Part shown: positions 41,110 through 51,068 of the stretch, one piece after another
Layout of the letters: each line of letters opens with the position of its first letter
Numbering within the stretch: position 1 is the stretch's first letter
From: Bacillota bacterium
Lineage (GTDB): Bacteria; Bacillota; Desulfotomaculia; Desulfotomaculales; UBA12532
Reading direction: 5' to 3'
Length of the DNA: 64,000 nt
NCBI GenBank assembly: GCA_040751815.1
Contig: JBFMHQ010000004.1
Span: 12,756-76,755 of the forward strand
Position numbers and translations under genes: made by a program
The notes under the pieces: model-generated
Seen by the model: only the letters and a program-made list of their open reading frames with translations
Told to the model about the DNA's origin: nothing
Database searches by the model: none

Positions 41110-41736
41110 ATGGCGAGATACACGGGGCCACGCTGCCGGCTCTGCCGCCGGGAGGGTGTGAAGCTTTACCTCAAGGGGGACCATTGCTATTCACCGCGCT
41201 GCGCCCTGGAGCGGCGGCCCTATCCGCCGGGGCAGCACGGGCGCGGCCGCAAGAAGGTGACCGAGTACGCCTTGCAGATCAGGGAAAAGCAGAAGGCGCG
41301 GCGCATTTACGGGGTCATGGAGACCCAGTTCCGCAACTACTTTGCCAGGGCCGAACGCCAGCCGGGCATTACGGGTGAGAATCTCCTGCGGTTGCTGGAA
41401 CGCCGGCTGGATAACGTCGTTTACCGGCTCGGTCTGGCGGCATCGCGGAACGAGGCCCGGCAACTGGTACGGCACGGCCATTTCCTGGTCAACGGCCGCA
41501 AGGTCAACATTCCTTCGTACCAGGTGCGGGTAGGCGATACCATCACCGTGCGGGAGAAAAGCCGCTCCATGCCCAGGATGCAGGAGTTGATGGAACGGGC
41601 GGCCGAGAAGGCGCCGCCGGCCTGGCTGACCTACGAACCGGAGCAGGCGACGGGGCGGGTTATCGCCCTCCCCGCACGCGAACAGATCGATGTGCCCGTG
41701 AAGGAACACCTGATCGTGGAGCTGTACTCGCGCTGA
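41110..41736 (+). CDS. rpsD: 30S ribosomal protein S4
   Basis: [24 protein letters not shown]. Confidence 0.97.
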   Translation: MARYTGPRCRLCRREGVKLYLKGDHCYSPRCALERRPYPPGQHGRGRKKVTEYALQIREKQKARRIYGVMETQFRNYFARAERQPGITGENLLRLLERRLDNVVYRLGLAASRNEARQLVRHGHFLVNGRKVNIPSYQVRVGDTITVREKSRSMPRMQELMERAAEKAPPAWLTYEPEQATGRVIALPAREQIDVPVKEHLIVELYSR

Positions 41737-41761
41737 TCGGGTGGACCAGGAGGGGGTCTTG

Positions 41762-42709
41762 ATGCTCGAAATCGAAAAACCGAGAATCGAATGCGTGAAT
41801 CTGGATGACGGCGGCAGCTACGGCAGGTTCGTCATCGAACCGCTGGAGCGGGGCTTCGGCACCACCCTGGGGAATTCCCTGCGCCGGGTGCTCCTCTCCT
41901 CCCTGCCTGGGGCGGCGGTGACGGCGGTGAAGATCGACGGCGTGCTCCACGAGTTCAGCACCATCCCCGGCGTGCGTGAGGACGTGACGGAGATCATCCT
42001 GAACCTGAAGGAGCTGCGCCTGAGGCTGCACACCGAGGAAGAGAAGACCCTGCGCATTGAAGCCGACCAGCCGGGAGAAGTCCGCGCCCGCGACATCATC
42101 GCCGACGCCGACGTGGAGATTTTAAACCCGGATCTCTACATCGCCACCCTGGCCGACGGGGGGCGGCTCTTCGCCGACATCACGGTGGCCAGGGGCCGCG
42201 GCTATGTGCCGGCGGAGAAGAACAAGAAGGGGAATCATGTCATCGGGGTCATCCCGGTGGACGCCGTCTTCTCCCCGGTGCGCAAGGTCAATTTCCTGGT
42301 TGACAAGACGCGGGTGGGCCACGAGACGAGCCTTGACAAGTTGACCCTCGAGGTCTGGACGGACGGGAGCATCCGTCCCGACGAGGCGGTGGGCCTGGCG
42401 GCGCGCATCCTTTGCGAGCACCTGCGCCTTTTCACCAACCTTACCGAGTCGGTCAACGACGTAGAAATAATGGTGGAGAAGGAAGAAGAGAAGAAGAACA
42501 AGATCCTGGAGATGCCCATCGAGGAGCTCGAGCTTTCGGTGCGGTCCTACAACTGCCTGAAACGCGCCGGGATCAACACCGTTGAGGACCTCATCCAGCG
42601 CAACGAGGAAGAGATGATGAAGGTGCGCAACCTGGGGAAGAAGTCGCTGGAGGAAGTGGTCAAGAAGCTCAACGAGTACGGCCTTAGCCTGCGTAAGGAC
42701 GACGAATAA
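41762..42709 (+). CDS. rpoA: DNA-directed RNA polymerase subunit alpha
   Basis: [10 protein letters not shown] ... [20 protein letters not shown] 41762 follows AGGAGGGGG. Confidence 0.96.
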   Translation: MLEIEKPRIECVNLDDGGSYGRFVIEPLERGFGTTLGNSLRRVLLSSLPGAAVTAVKIDGVLHEFSTIPGVREDVTEIILNLKELRLRLHTEEEKTLRIEADQPGEVRARDIIADADVEILNPDLYIATLADGGRLFADITVARGRGYVPAEKNKKGNHVIGVIPVDAVFSPVRKVNFLVDKTRVGHETSLDKLTLEVWTDGSIRPDEAVGLAARILCEHLRLFTNLTESVNDVEIMVEKEEEKKNKILEMPIEELELSVRSYNCLKRAGINTVEDLIQRNEEEMMKVRNLGKKSLEEVVKKLNEYGLSLRKDDE

Positions 42710-42720
42710 GGGGGGTAAGT

Positions 42721-43059
42721 ATGGGTTACCGGAAGCTGGGAGTCAAGACCGACCACCGGCGGGCGCTTTTGCGCAGCCAGGTGACCTCCCTTTTCAAACA
42801 CGGGCGGATCACCACCACCGAGCCGCGGGCCAAGGAGGTGCGGGCCGTGGCCGAGAAGATGATCACCCTGGCGAAGCGGGGGGATCTGGCCGCGCGGCGC
42901 CAGGTGCTGGCCTACGTCTGGGAGGAGGATGTGGTGCGCAAGCTCTTCAACAACATCGCCACCCGGTACGAGGAGCGGGCCGGCGGCTATACCCGCATCG
43001 TCAAGGTCGGTTACCGCCAGGGGGACGGCGCCGCGCTGGTGGTGCTGGAACTGGTCTAG
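42721..43059 (+). CDS. rplQ: 50S ribosomal protein L17
   Basis: [33 protein letters not shown]. Confidence 0.97.
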   Translation: MGYRKLGVKTDHRRALLRSQVTSLFKHGRITTTEPRAKEVRAVAEKMITLAKRGDLAARRQVLAYVWEEDVVRKLFNNIATRYEERAGGYTRIVKVGYRQGDGAALVVLELV

Positions 43060-43061
43060 GT

Positions 43062-43799
43062 ATGCGCAACATTAAGGTTATCCTGGCCTATGACGGAACC
43101 CGCTACGCCGGTTTCCAGAAACAGCCGGGCGGGGTGCTAACGCTCCAGGGCGTCCTGGAGGAGAGCCTCGCGCGGCTGGCCGGGAGGGAGGTCAGGGTAA
43201 CGGCGGCCGGCCGGACCGATGCGGGCGTGCACGCGCGGGGGCAGGTCGTCAATTTTTTTACCGACTGGACCATACCCACAGACCGGGTTGTCCCGGCACT
43301 GAACGGGCTCCTGCCCGACGACATCGCCGCCCTCGCGGCGGAAGAGGTCCCGCCGGATTTTCACGCCCGGAAGAGCGCCCGGGCCAAGACCTACGTCTAC
43401 ACCGTCTATAATGCCCCGGTGCGCCACCCGCTGCACCGGCTCTATGCCCTGCATACGGCACAGCCGCTGGACGTGGCGGCTATGCAGGCGGCGGCGGCGC
43501 AACTGGTGGGCAACCACGACTTCAGCTCCTTCCAGAATACCGGCCGGCCGGTGGTTTCGGCGGTGCGCAGCCTTTTTGCGGCGGAAGTCGACCGGGACGG
43601 CCCCTTCATCCGCTTTACCTTTCGCGCCGACGGCTTCCTCTACCAGATGGTGCGCATCATGGTCGGCACCCTGCTGGAAGTCGGCCTGGGCCGGCTTGAC
43701 GCCGGCGCCGTGCGGGAGATTCTGGCGGCCCGTGACCGGCGCCTGGCCGGACCCACCGCACCGCCCCACGGGTTGTGCCTCGAGAAGGTGGAGTACTGA
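43062..43799 (+). CDS. truA: tRNA pseudouridine(38-40) synthase
   Basis: [14 protein letters not shown] ... [15 protein letters not shown] catalytic Asp motif. Confidence 0.93.
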   Translation: MRNIKVILAYDGTRYAGFQKQPGGVLTLQGVLEESLARLAGREVRVTAAGRTDAGVHARGQVVNFFTDWTIPTDRVVPALNGLLPDDIAALAAEEVPPDFHARKSARAKTYVYTVYNAPVRHPLHRLYALHTAQPLDVAAMQAAAAQLVGNHDFSSFQNTGRPVVSAVRSLFAAEVDRDGPFIRFTFRADGFLYQMVRIMVGTLLEVGLGRLDAGAVREILAARDRRLAGPTAPPHGLCLEKVEY

Positions 43800-43902
43800 A
43801 CGGTCATCGGTTAGAGGGCGTCGGACTCAGAAACAGGGGGCTTGAGCTGGTCCGACTCCAACACGCGTAAGCACCGCGAGGCATCCGAAAAAAGAGAATA
43901 GG

Positions 43903-43923
43903 GCCGGCCGGAAGCCGGCCGGC
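43903..43923 (-). terminator. GC-rich hairpin terminator (minus-strand U-tract; may also stop truA readthrough)
   Basis: GCCGGCCGG-aag-CCGGCCGGC. The A-run upstream on the + strand becomes a T-run after the hairpin on the - strand. Confidence 0.6.
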
Positions 43924-43947
43924 GCGCGTTAGTGGGGGAAGGTAGCA

Positions 43948-44667
43948 TTACAGGGCAAGCTTATAGTCGATGAAGACCGAGGCGGTGATCTCCACCTGGC
44001 CCGGTACAACGGGGACTCCGCCGTCCCCACCCGCGCCCTCGTACATCTTGTACGCGGGGACGGGGCTGAAGATGTTCTCCACCCGGACGGCGGCAAAGCC
44101 GGCGATCCTGGCCCCGAGGGCCTGCGCCACCGCCTCCGCCCTGGCCCGCGCGTCCCGTACCGCTTCCTGGAGGGCGCGAGTGCGCTCGGCGGCATCGTTC
44201 TTCTTGTAGAAGTGGATGCCGTAGCTCTGATTAGCTCCCGCCGCAAAGGCGGCGTCCAGCACCGCCCCGACCTTGGCCGGGTCGTCCACGGTCACCCGGA
44301 TGTTGTTATTCACCCGGTAACCCCTGATGGGCGGTGCGGAACCTTTAACCGGTTCCTCGTAGATGGGCCACACGCTGAACTCCACCGTCTGGATCCTCTC
44401 CCGGGGAATCCCGAGTTTCGTCACGGCGTTGATGACGGCGGCGGCCACGCGGCTGTTCTCCTGCTGGGCCTCCCGTGCCGTTTTTCCCGTGGTGGTTACC
44501 CCCACGGTGACGTCAGCGGTATCGGGCGCCACGGCAACGCGGCCGGTACCTGTCACCGAAAGGACGACGGCGTCGGGCACCTCAGGCTCCGCGGCACCGG
44601 CAGCGCCGGCAGCGGCCAGGAGAAATAACGCGGCCAGGATTGTGATCGGCAGTGCCTTCTTGTGCAC
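43948..44667 (-). CDS. SIMPL-domain (DUF541) secreted protein
   Basis: GTG 44667 follows GGAGGTG. Signal-like KKALPITILAALFLLAAAGAAGA. Body pattern TGTGRVAVAPDTADVTVGV...EAQQENS...PGQVEITASV is typical of SIMPL. Confidence 0.75.
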   Translation of the reverse strand: MHKKALPITILAALFLLAAAGAAGAAEPEVPDAVVLSVTGTGRVAVAPDTADVTVGVTTTGKTAREAQQENSRVAAAVINAVTKLGIPRERIQTVEFSVWPIYEEPVKGSAPPIRGYRVNNNIRVTVDDPAKVGAVLDAAFAAGANQSYGIHFYKKNDAAERTRALQEAVRDARARAEAVAQALGARIAGFAAVRVENIFSPVPAYKMYEGAGGDGGVPVVPGQVEITASVFIDYKLAL

Positions 44668-45012
44668 GATTTCACCTCCGGCAAATAATCCCTCCCACCC
44701 GCCCTTTCCCTTCATCGTTATAAATCCCCCCGGGGCTTTTTTGTGACAGGCCGGGGACCGGCCCGGTTCCCTGGGGCAGGAAATCGCCCGTGATCCGCCA
44801 AGAAAAGTTGTGAAGGAGCAGATAGCAGCGCTGCTGCGTACGGGCAACTGGGGCGGTTTAGTCGATGCCGTGCGCACGGGCAGGAAGGCATGGAGCCGCC
44901 TGATACGCGCCCTGTACCTCGAGGACGAGTTTCTCGGGTGGCAGGCGGTGGAGGGCTCCGGGGCGTAGGCCCTGTAGAAGTGCCGCGCGTCAGGCGGGGA
45001 CCAGGCCGGAGG

Positions 45013-45852
45013 TCAGAGATCGCGGCGGCCGAAGACGTGGACGGCGAGGGCCAGGGCAACGGCCGCGTAAAGCAGGGTGTAGACGATCATCCAGATGCTC
45101 GGCTCGGACAGGCTGCCCATGGGCCCCATCTGGCGCAGGACGGCCAGGGGGTCGGCACTGGCAGCCGTGAGGACCGCCACCATCTTGCGGTAGAGGGCGT
45201 CGACGGGCATGACGAGGCTGGAAATAATGCCGATCCGCTCCATGGCGGCGTTATCGATGAGGGCACCGATCTGCTCCACGGTCCCCCCGACGAACCCCAC
45301 CACGTAGAGGGCAAAGACGGCGATACCGTTGGCCAGGGTCGGCAGGAGCGTGCTGCCCAGGAGGGTGACGGCCAGGAGTACCAGCGGTACCAGGCAGAAG
45401 AGGCCCAGGGCGCGTAGCGGCCCCTCCACCCCGACGCCGGTGTAGTGGTTTACAATTCCCACCACGGTGCCGGAGAAAAGCACGGCGTAAAGGAGCAGGA
45501 GACCGGCAAGCCCCAGGTACTTGCCGCCGATGACGGCGGCACGGGAGACGGGCCGGGTAACGATGGTCTGCAGAACGCCGTTCTCTATCTCCGCCGATAC
45601 CGCTCCTGTAGCGGCGAAGATGGTCATCAGGACGATGATGAAGTTGCCGAAGAAAAGGCCCAGGACCAGAAGCTGGCTGTTGAGAACGGAACCGATCAGC
45701 GGATCGTGGCGCGCAATGTCCGGCAGGTGCCGGGCAGCCTCGCGCACCCCCAGGGTGTAAAGGATCAGGAAGGCTGCGGTGAGCAGCACGGTCAGCAGCA
45801 GGAGCTTCCGGCGAAGGGCCTCCTTGAAAGTGAGGACGGCGATGGTAAACAT
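45013..45852 (-). CDS. ABC-2 type transporter permease
   Basis: 6 predicted TM helices. N-terminus MFTIAVLTFKEALRRKLLL is typical of ABC-2/NosY-like permeases. Follows the ATPase with a 2-nt gap. Confidence 0.8.
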   Translation of the reverse strand: MFTIAVLTFKEALRRKLLLLTVLLTAAFLILYTLGVREAARHLPDIARHDPLIGSVLNSQLLVLGLFFGNFIIVLMTIFAATGAVSAEIENGVLQTIVTRPVSRAAVIGGKYLGLAGLLLLYAVLFSGTVVGIVNHYTGVGVEGPLRALGLFCLVPLVLLAVTLLGSTLLPTLANGIAVFALYVVGFVGGTVEQIGALIDNAAMERIGIISSLVMPVDALYRKMVAVLTAASADPLAVLRQMGPMGSLSEPSIWMIVYTLLYAAVALALAVHVFGRRDL

Positions 45853-45854
45853 GG

Positions 45855-46760
45855 CTAGTTACCTCCCTGCACGACGTCGACGAACAGGTCCTCGAGGGAC
45901 CGCTGCACGCTTACCAGGCGGTAAAGGGCGGCGCCGTGCTCCACCACAAGGCGGGCCAGCCCCGGAATCTCCGCGCGGTCGCCCACCGTAAGGCGCAGGA
46001 CGCCACCGTTCCTTTTTACCTCCCGCCCGGCAGCGGCCAGGGCCGCTTCCAGCGCCGGGGTGCTCCCTTCGATTTCCATTTCGACCTCCAACGCCGGCGC
46101 CAGAAGATCCCGCAGCGCCCCCTGGGTCACGATTTCACCCCGGTTGATGATCGCCACGGTGTCGCAGACCATCTCCACCTCGCTCAGGAGGTGGCTGTTG
46201 AGAAAAACGGTCTTGCCCCGGGCCCGCAGGGCGAGCATGAGCTCCCGCATCTCCCGGCGGCCCAGCGGGTCCAGGGCCGATGTGGGCTCGTCGAGGAAGA
46301 CCAGGTCCGGATCGCCGATCAGGGCGCAGGCCACGCCCAGGCGCTGTTGCATCCCCTTGGAATAGTTCCTTATTTTCTGTCTTTCGCGCCCGGTGAGCCC
46401 CACCAGATCCAGCACCTCGGGGATGCGCCGGCGCGTCTCGCGGGCCGGCAGGCCGCAGAGGGCGCCGTGAACCGCCAGAAGCTCCGCCCCGGTCAGCCAG
46501 TCGTGGTAACGGAAGTTCTCGGGGAGGTAGCCGATGCGCCGCCGGATCGCGACGTCCCCCAGGGGCCGGCCCAGAAGCCAGGCCCGGCCGGAGGTGGGGT
46601 GCAGGAGCCCCACCAGGGTTTTAACCAGGGTGGTCTTGCCGGCCCCGTTCGGACCCAGGAAGCCGAAGATGTGGCCTCGGGGGACGGTCATGTTGATGTT
46701 GCGGCACCCGAGCCGGCCCCCGTAGAGCTTGGTCAGGTTTTCGACAACTATGGCCGCCAT
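45855..46760 (-). CDS. ABC transporter ATP-binding protein
   Basis: Walker A GPNGAGKTT, signature YSKGMQQR, Walker B LVFLDEPTSALD. Confidence 0.92.
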   Translation of the reverse strand: MAAIVVENLTKLYGGRLGCRNINMTVPRGHIFGFLGPNGAGKTTLVKTLVGLLHPTSGRAWLLGRPLGDVAIRRRIGYLPENFRYHDWLTGAELLAVHGALCGLPARETRRRIPEVLDLVGLTGRERQKIRNYSKGMQQRLGVACALIGDPDLVFLDEPTSALDPLGRREMRELMLALRARGKTVFLNSHLLSEVEMVCDTVAIINRGEIVTQGALRDLLAPALEVEMEIEGSTPALEAALAAAGREVKRNGGVLRLTVGDRAEIPGLARLVVEHGAALYRLVSVQRSLEDLFVDVVQGGN

Positions 46761-46764
46761 GGCG

Positions 46765-47886
46765 CTACCGCAGGGAGGCGGCCAGGTCCAGGGCCTCCCG
46801 GAGGCTCAGGGGGCCCTGAACGTAGTAGAGAACGCCGTCGCGCTGCCAGATCAGGTTGGAAGAAGGTGAGTTGCCGCCGGCGTGCGGCGGGAAGACGAAG
46901 ATACCCGGCCGGCCGTCAACGGTGACCTCCGTGGTCGGCCCCTCGGCGGGCAAGGGCAGGGTGTGCTGCCAGTCGCCGATGGCCGCCAGCTGCCGGCGCA
47001 GGTTCTCCGGCAGGCCCGGGATGTTCAGGAGGGCATCCCGCACCGCGGCCACGTCGACCCCCGGCGGTACGATCAGCTCCGGGCTGCGGGCCTGCACCAC
47101 GACGAGGAGTTTCCCGGCCGCCGGCCCGGCGCCGCGGTAGTACGCAGCTAGAACGGGGGGGATCTTGAAGGTAAACGTTTTCCCTTCCAGACCGGCCGGC
47201 AGCAGGTGCCTGCCGCCCAGGGAGCGCAGAAGCGCGTTGACATTTTCCACCTTCGGCGTGAAGGATACCTCCTGCGGCGTGCTCAGGTGCAGTTCGGGGT
47301 TGGCGAACCCGGCAGGCAGGCGGGACGGCATGCGCACGGGGAAGTCCAGGGCCTGCCGTGCCTCGGCCAGGGTTACCGGACGCACGTTTATTTCACTGCT
47401 GACGGTCACCTCGCCCAGGCTTTCGAGATCGATGTGCCCGCCCCGGGCGAGGACGCGTTCAAGCTGGGCCATATCCCGCTCGGTAATCTTGATCACCTTG
47501 AAACGTTCCACGCGCAAGACCTGCAGAAATTCCCCGGCCAGGCTGCGCACCGGGCCGAAGCTAAAGGCAAACACCAGGGCCGCGGCAGTGGCCAGAGCGG
47601 CCCAGAACTTTTTGTTGCGCAAGGCGGACACTCCTTTCTCCTGGAATAAGGATGGTTTGTACCGGGAGGAACGGAACTTCTGCCAGGCCTCCTGAGCGTC
47701 TTTTTCTGCCGCGGTGCCGGCATACCTGTCCAGGCACCCCGTAACCCAGGCTTCGTTTTCCCGGAGGGTTTGCAGGCGGGCGCAGCAGGCGGGGCAGCCG
47801 GCTAGGTGACGGCCGATGCGGGCCGCCTGCCGGCGGGAAGTTTCTCCGTCAAGGAACGCCTGAAGGCTTCCCTCGCTGTAGCACAT
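46765..47886 (-). CDS. anti-sigma factor (zf-HC2 N-terminus, single TM, DUF4367-like extracytoplasmic domain)
   Basis: ATG 47886. MCYSEGSLQAFLDGETS...HLAGCPACCARL zf-HC2 motif. TM helix FWAALATAAALVFAF. Sits directly downstream of the ECF sigma gene. Confidence 0.75.
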   Translation of the reverse strand: MCYSEGSLQAFLDGETSRRQAARIGRHLAGCPACCARLQTLRENEAWVTGCLDRYAGTAAEKDAQEAWQKFRSSRYKPSLFQEKGVSALRNKKFWAALATAAALVFAFSFGPVRSLAGEFLQVLRVERFKVIKITERDMAQLERVLARGGHIDLESLGEVTVSSEINVRPVTLAEARQALDFPVRMPSRLPAGFANPELHLSTPQEVSFTPKVENVNALLRSLGGRHLLPAGLEGKTFTFKIPPVLAAYYRGAGPAAGKLLVVVQARSPELIVPPGVDVAAVRDALLNIPGLPENLRRQLAAIGDWQHTLPLPAEGPTTEVTVDGRPGIFVFPPHAGGNSPSSNLIWQRDGVLYYVQGPLSLREALDLAASLR

Positions 47887-48400
47887 CCTTCGACCCTCCC
47901 TCCCCGATGTAAAGGTTTTTGAATCTGGCCCGGGCGCGGGCCAGCACGGTGCCCACGGCATTCCTTTTTATACCCAGCGCGGCGGCAATTTCGGCGTAGC
48001 TTGCGCCGCTGTACCTTAACCACAGGCAGGCGCGGTCGCGGGCGGAAAGTTTGGCCAGCGCCGCCTGGACCCGGGAGGTCTCGTCGCGCCGGAGGACACT
48101 GTCGGCCACGTCCTCCGCTCCTTCCCACGGCCCGGTGCGGGCGGTTTGGGCCGCTTCGCGGTGCGCCCGGCGGCGCTCGCTACGCAGGTGGTTGGCGGCC
48201 AGGTTGGCGGCGACCCGGAAAAGCCAGGCGCGGATGTTGGTCATGTCTGGCGGCGGGGACCGGTAAAGGCGCAGGAAGGTTTCCTGCGTCACGTCGTCGG
48301 CCGCCGTCCCGTCGCCCACGATGCCGCGCACCACCCGCAGCACCGCCGCGTAATGGCGCAGGAACAGGTATTCGAAATCGCCAGCCGGCGGATGATCCAC
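47849..48400 (-). CDS. ECF-family RNA polymerase sigma factor
   Basis: Region 2 DDVTQETFLRLY ... AWLFRVAANLAANHLR. Region 4 YAEIAAALGIKRNAVGTVLARAR. Confidence 0.88.
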   Translation of the reverse strand: MDHPPAGDFEYLFLRHYAAVLRVVRGIVGDGTAADDVTQETFLRLYRSPPPDMTNIRAWLFRVAANLAANHLRSERRRAHREAAQTARTGPWEGAEDVADSVLRRDETSRVQAALAKLSARDRACLWLRYSGASYAEIAAALGIKRNAVGTVLARARARFKNLYIGEGGSKDVLQRGKPSGVP

Positions 48401-48560
48401 AACCCAAACCCTTTCAGGAACGCATTCCTGAATATATTAACACCACGGGGTATGTTTTTGTAACCCAGTGGACAGAGGACGGGAGCGAGGACGTTTCCAC
48501 GCTCCCGGTGGTGTCCGGTTTCTGTCAACCTGTTACTGGTAAATTCTGGCGGAACCTGTA

Positions 48561-48589
48561 TTGACACCAATAAGCTTCTGGCCTATAAT
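48561..48589 (+). promoter_or_regulatory. consensus sigmaA promoter for smpB-ssrA
   Basis: TTGACA (48561-48566), 17-nt spacer, TATAAT (48584-48589). Confidence 0.65.
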
Positions 48590-48653
48590 GAAATTCGTAC
48601 CGAGTCTGTTCGCGAGGGCGGTGAAAGCGGGGTGATTTAACCTGTCGGTCAAG

Positions 48654-49094
48654 GTGGTATGCCAGAACAGGAAAGCGTGGCACGATTACCAGATACTCGA
48701 GACTTACGAGGCCGGCATGGTGCTCACCGGGACCGAGGTTAAATCCCTCCGTGCCGGGCGGGCCAACCTGAAGGACAGCTTTGCCCGGATTGGCGACGGC
48801 GAGTTGTGGCTTGAAAACATGCATATCAGCCCTTACGAGCAGGGAAACCGCTTTAACCACGATCCCAAACGGGCGCGCAAGCTCCTGATGCACAAGGAGG
48901 AAATTATGCGCCTGTGGGGGCGGACCCGCGAGAAGGGGCTTGCGCTTATCCCTCTCAAGGTGTATTTTAAGAACGGCCGGGCCAAGGTGGAGCTGGCCCT
49001 GGCCAGGGGCAGGAAGATTTACGACAAGCGCGAGGACATTGCCCGCCGCGAAGCACAGCGGCAGATGGAGCGCGCCCTGCGCGGCAGGGCATAA
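48654..49094 (+). CDS. smpB: SsrA-binding protein SmpB
   Basis: [29 protein letters not shown] ... [12 protein letters not shown] start with a very short N-terminus. Confidence 0.93.
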   Translation: MVCQNRKAWHDYQILETYEAGMVLTGTEVKSLRAGRANLKDSFARIGDGELWLENMHISPYEQGNRFNHDPKRARKLLMHKEEIMRLWGRTREKGLALIPLKVYFKNGRAKVELALARGRKIYDKREDIARREAQRQMERALRGRA

Positions 49095-49101
49095 AACATT
49101 T

Positions 49102-49453
49102 GGGGGCGACGAGGTTTCGACGGGGGAAGCGGTAACGAGGGGAGCGAGCCGGGGTCGTCACCAGCCCGTAAGACGGTGGCAAGGCAATAAACGCCAACAA
49201 GACCGAAGTAGCTCTGGCCGCTTAATCAGGCCGGCATCCTGCCGGTTCCCGCCCGCGGAGCCGGCTAGGGTGTCAACCTAGCGGGCTTGCCGGCGGGCCG
49301 CTTCTCGGAGGCCTGCCGGGACATCCATCGAGATAGCCTGCGCGCAGCCCGGCTGCGGGCGGCCCGCAGGCGAAAGCAGTACGCAGCCTGCGCTCGGAGA
49401 GCCTCTCGGGGTCGTTCCTCCGGACAGGGGTTCGACTCCCCTCGCCTCCACCA
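49102..49453 (+). ncRNA. ssrA: tmRNA (ssrA), predicted tag ANKTEVALAA
   Basis: 5' GGGGGCGACGAGGTTTCGACGGGG pairs with 3' CGCCTCC-ACCA, including the G3:U70 alanine identity pair. T arm GGGGTTCGACTCCCC. In-frame GCC AAC AAG ACC GAA GTA GCT CTG GCC GCT TAA at 49193-49225. Confidence 0.93.
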
Positions 49454-49626
49454 TTAAAATCCACAACCACTTTGAGGAATAGATCGACGTGGTCCTCGTG
49501 GACCACGACTTTGTCTACATAGGTAGCCACGACTCTCTTACAGGCTTGAGGATCGCCCGCGAGTATGTCCTGCCTGTGCTTTTCCAAGAGCGCGGCGATC
49601 ATCTCCTCGGTTAGTTCGCCGGTCTC
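49454..49626 (-). pseudogene. site-specific (serine-type?) recombinase C-terminal remnant reading into the tmRNA 3' end
   Basis: Minus frame ETGELTEEMIAALLEKHRQDILAGDPQACKRVVATYVDKVVVHEDHVDLFLKVVVDF continues in frame across the ssrA acceptor/T arm. A stop lies immediately upstream (49627-49629) and there is no catalytic domain. Confidence 0.4.
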
Positions 49627-49691
49627 TTAAGAATAGGCCATTAACATATCCGTTACTCCTTGATCAGCAGCCATACATTAGGAAGTATTTA

Positions 49692-50076
49692 TTGGCCCTT
49701 TATGATAACTTACTGGACTATCGGAATGAAGTAGTCCACCGTAACCGTTTCCATGTTGCCGACGACAGGCTCATAATTTCCACCGCCCGCAAAGAGCCTC
49801 GAATTAGACCGCGGACGCCTTGGGGCACTGGTCAAAGTTGCCGTGTCTGTAGCGGATATGCTTGCCGGTGCCGCGGCCCACGACCAAGAGGCAGATGCTT
49901 GGCTTAAGTACCACCTTGATCGGATCTATGACCTGCATGAGTTGCCGGCATTTGGTCAAACGCAACTCCTGCGCGTAAACGTGGAGCTAAAGGTCGAAGG
50001 GGAAAACGAGGTATTTAGGGCGGACTTACGTGCCATGTGGGACGTGCTCACCAGAATCTACCGAATGCCACTATAG
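49692..50076 (+). pseudogene. frameshifted hypothetical gene with a HEPN-like RNxxxH motif
   Basis: LLDYRNEVVHRNRFHVADDRLI resembles the DUF86/HEPN RNxxxH block. Track ORFs 49692..49907 and 49843..50076 overlap in two frames. Confidence 0.25.
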
Positions 50077-50404
50077 TTGCCGACCTGAAGATTCTGGGGC
50101 TGTTGGGCGGTGAGCCGGTGGCGAGCTGGGTTTTCCCCGCTGGCTCGGTTCCCGATAGTGAAGTGTTGGAACTACAGAGCAGTAGCTATGTAGAACACCA
50201 ATATCTACTATGCGTGAGTAATGGGCAAGTCGTTGCAGACATGGATACGTGACAAAACCCCTGACGGTCATGGCTCTCCGCACGTAGCGGCCGCACTCGC
50301 CCCTTTTCCCGATCCATTTTAGCCCCCTTCTTACCCGTCTTTCACGCCAGCTCGACCCCTTATTCGACGTCGAAGGCCAAAATCATGCCTGGCAAGGAAA
50401 ATTT

Positions 50405-50602
50405 TTGAAAATCTCACACAGGCTGTTAGTTGACAACCTAAAAAGTCACCTGGAGCAAGCCGAGTACGAGGCTTGGAACGCGCTGGCCCGTTACAAGTTT
50501 TTGATGTTTGCTTACTGGGCTTCTATATGGGTGCATTTAAACCGCTTGGGGGGCTTTAAAGGGCATACGGTGACCGGGCGCGGTTGCGTCTGGTTCTTAT
50601 AG
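50405..50602 (+). CDS. hypothetical small protein
   Basis: 65-aa ORF (ALARYKFLMFAYWASIWVHLNRLGG) followed by a terminator at 50649. Confidence 0.4.
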   Translation: MKISHRLLVDNLKSHLEQAEYEAWNALARYKFLMFAYWASIWVHLNRLGGFKGHTVTGRGCVWFL

Positions 50603-50648
50603 AGACTCCGCTGTTGACAATGGTGTTATGTACCTAGTTCATCGTTCA

Positions 50649-50676
50649 ACCCGCCTGTTGGCGGGTCTTATTTTTT
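50649..50676 (+). terminator. rho-independent terminator
   Basis: ACCCGCC-tgtt-GGCGGGT followed by CTTATTTTTT. Confidence 0.65.
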
Positions 50677-50914
50677 GGGGGCGGTCAGTGTGAACGGGCA
50701 GGGCGACATCGGAGTTACGTGGAGCGAGATGAGCGATCGCCTTCAAGTTATCAGGCGGGCGCTGTACTGGCTTGAGGCGGCCGTCGAGGCCAGAAGCGTG
50801 CACGATCTCGTAATACAACTTTCCACAATCGAGGACGAACTGCGATGGCTGCGAATGGGTACGGATTCACTCGAAACGCCGGGTGAGGTGGTGCGGAATG
50901 CCGCTGCGCTTTAA
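50675..50914 (+). CDS. hypothetical protein (start probably GTG 50690)
   Basis: ORF track only. No recognisable motif. Confidence 0.3.
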   Translation: MGAVSVNGQGDIGVTWSEMSDRLQVIRRALYWLEAAVEARSVHDLVIQLSTIEDELRWLRMGTDSLETPGEVVRNAAAL

Positions 50915-51068
50915 GTCGTTCGCGGATGTCGGCGTCTACCTTGGGGTAATCCCGCGCGTGGCCGTCATGCGGCACGCCCTGGAAAGTTACCGTGAAAAAG
51001 TACTTAAATGGGTCGGGTACCCGTTGACGGAAGAGGAAGCGGAGGACCATCTGCGGGAAGTCGTGTAG
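50898..51068 (+). CDS. hypothetical small protein, possibly HTH/excisionase-like
   Basis: MPLRFKSFADVGVYLGVIPRVAVMRHAL resembles an AlpA/MerR-type HTH. Weak. Confidence 0.3.
   Translation: MPLRFKSFADVGVYLGVIPRVAVMRHALESYREKVLKWVGYPLTEEEAEDHLREVV

Noticed and set aside
44810-44968. 52-aa + strand ORF (VKEQIAALLRTGNWGGLVDAVRTGRKAWSRLIRALYLEDEFLGWQAVEGSGA) between the SIMPL and ABC genes
   Set aside because: It looks protein-like and vaguely like the N-terminus of HEAT-repeat proteins. However, it is short, has no clear SD, and I cannot place the family from memory. It may be a gene remnant and is not reported as a feature.
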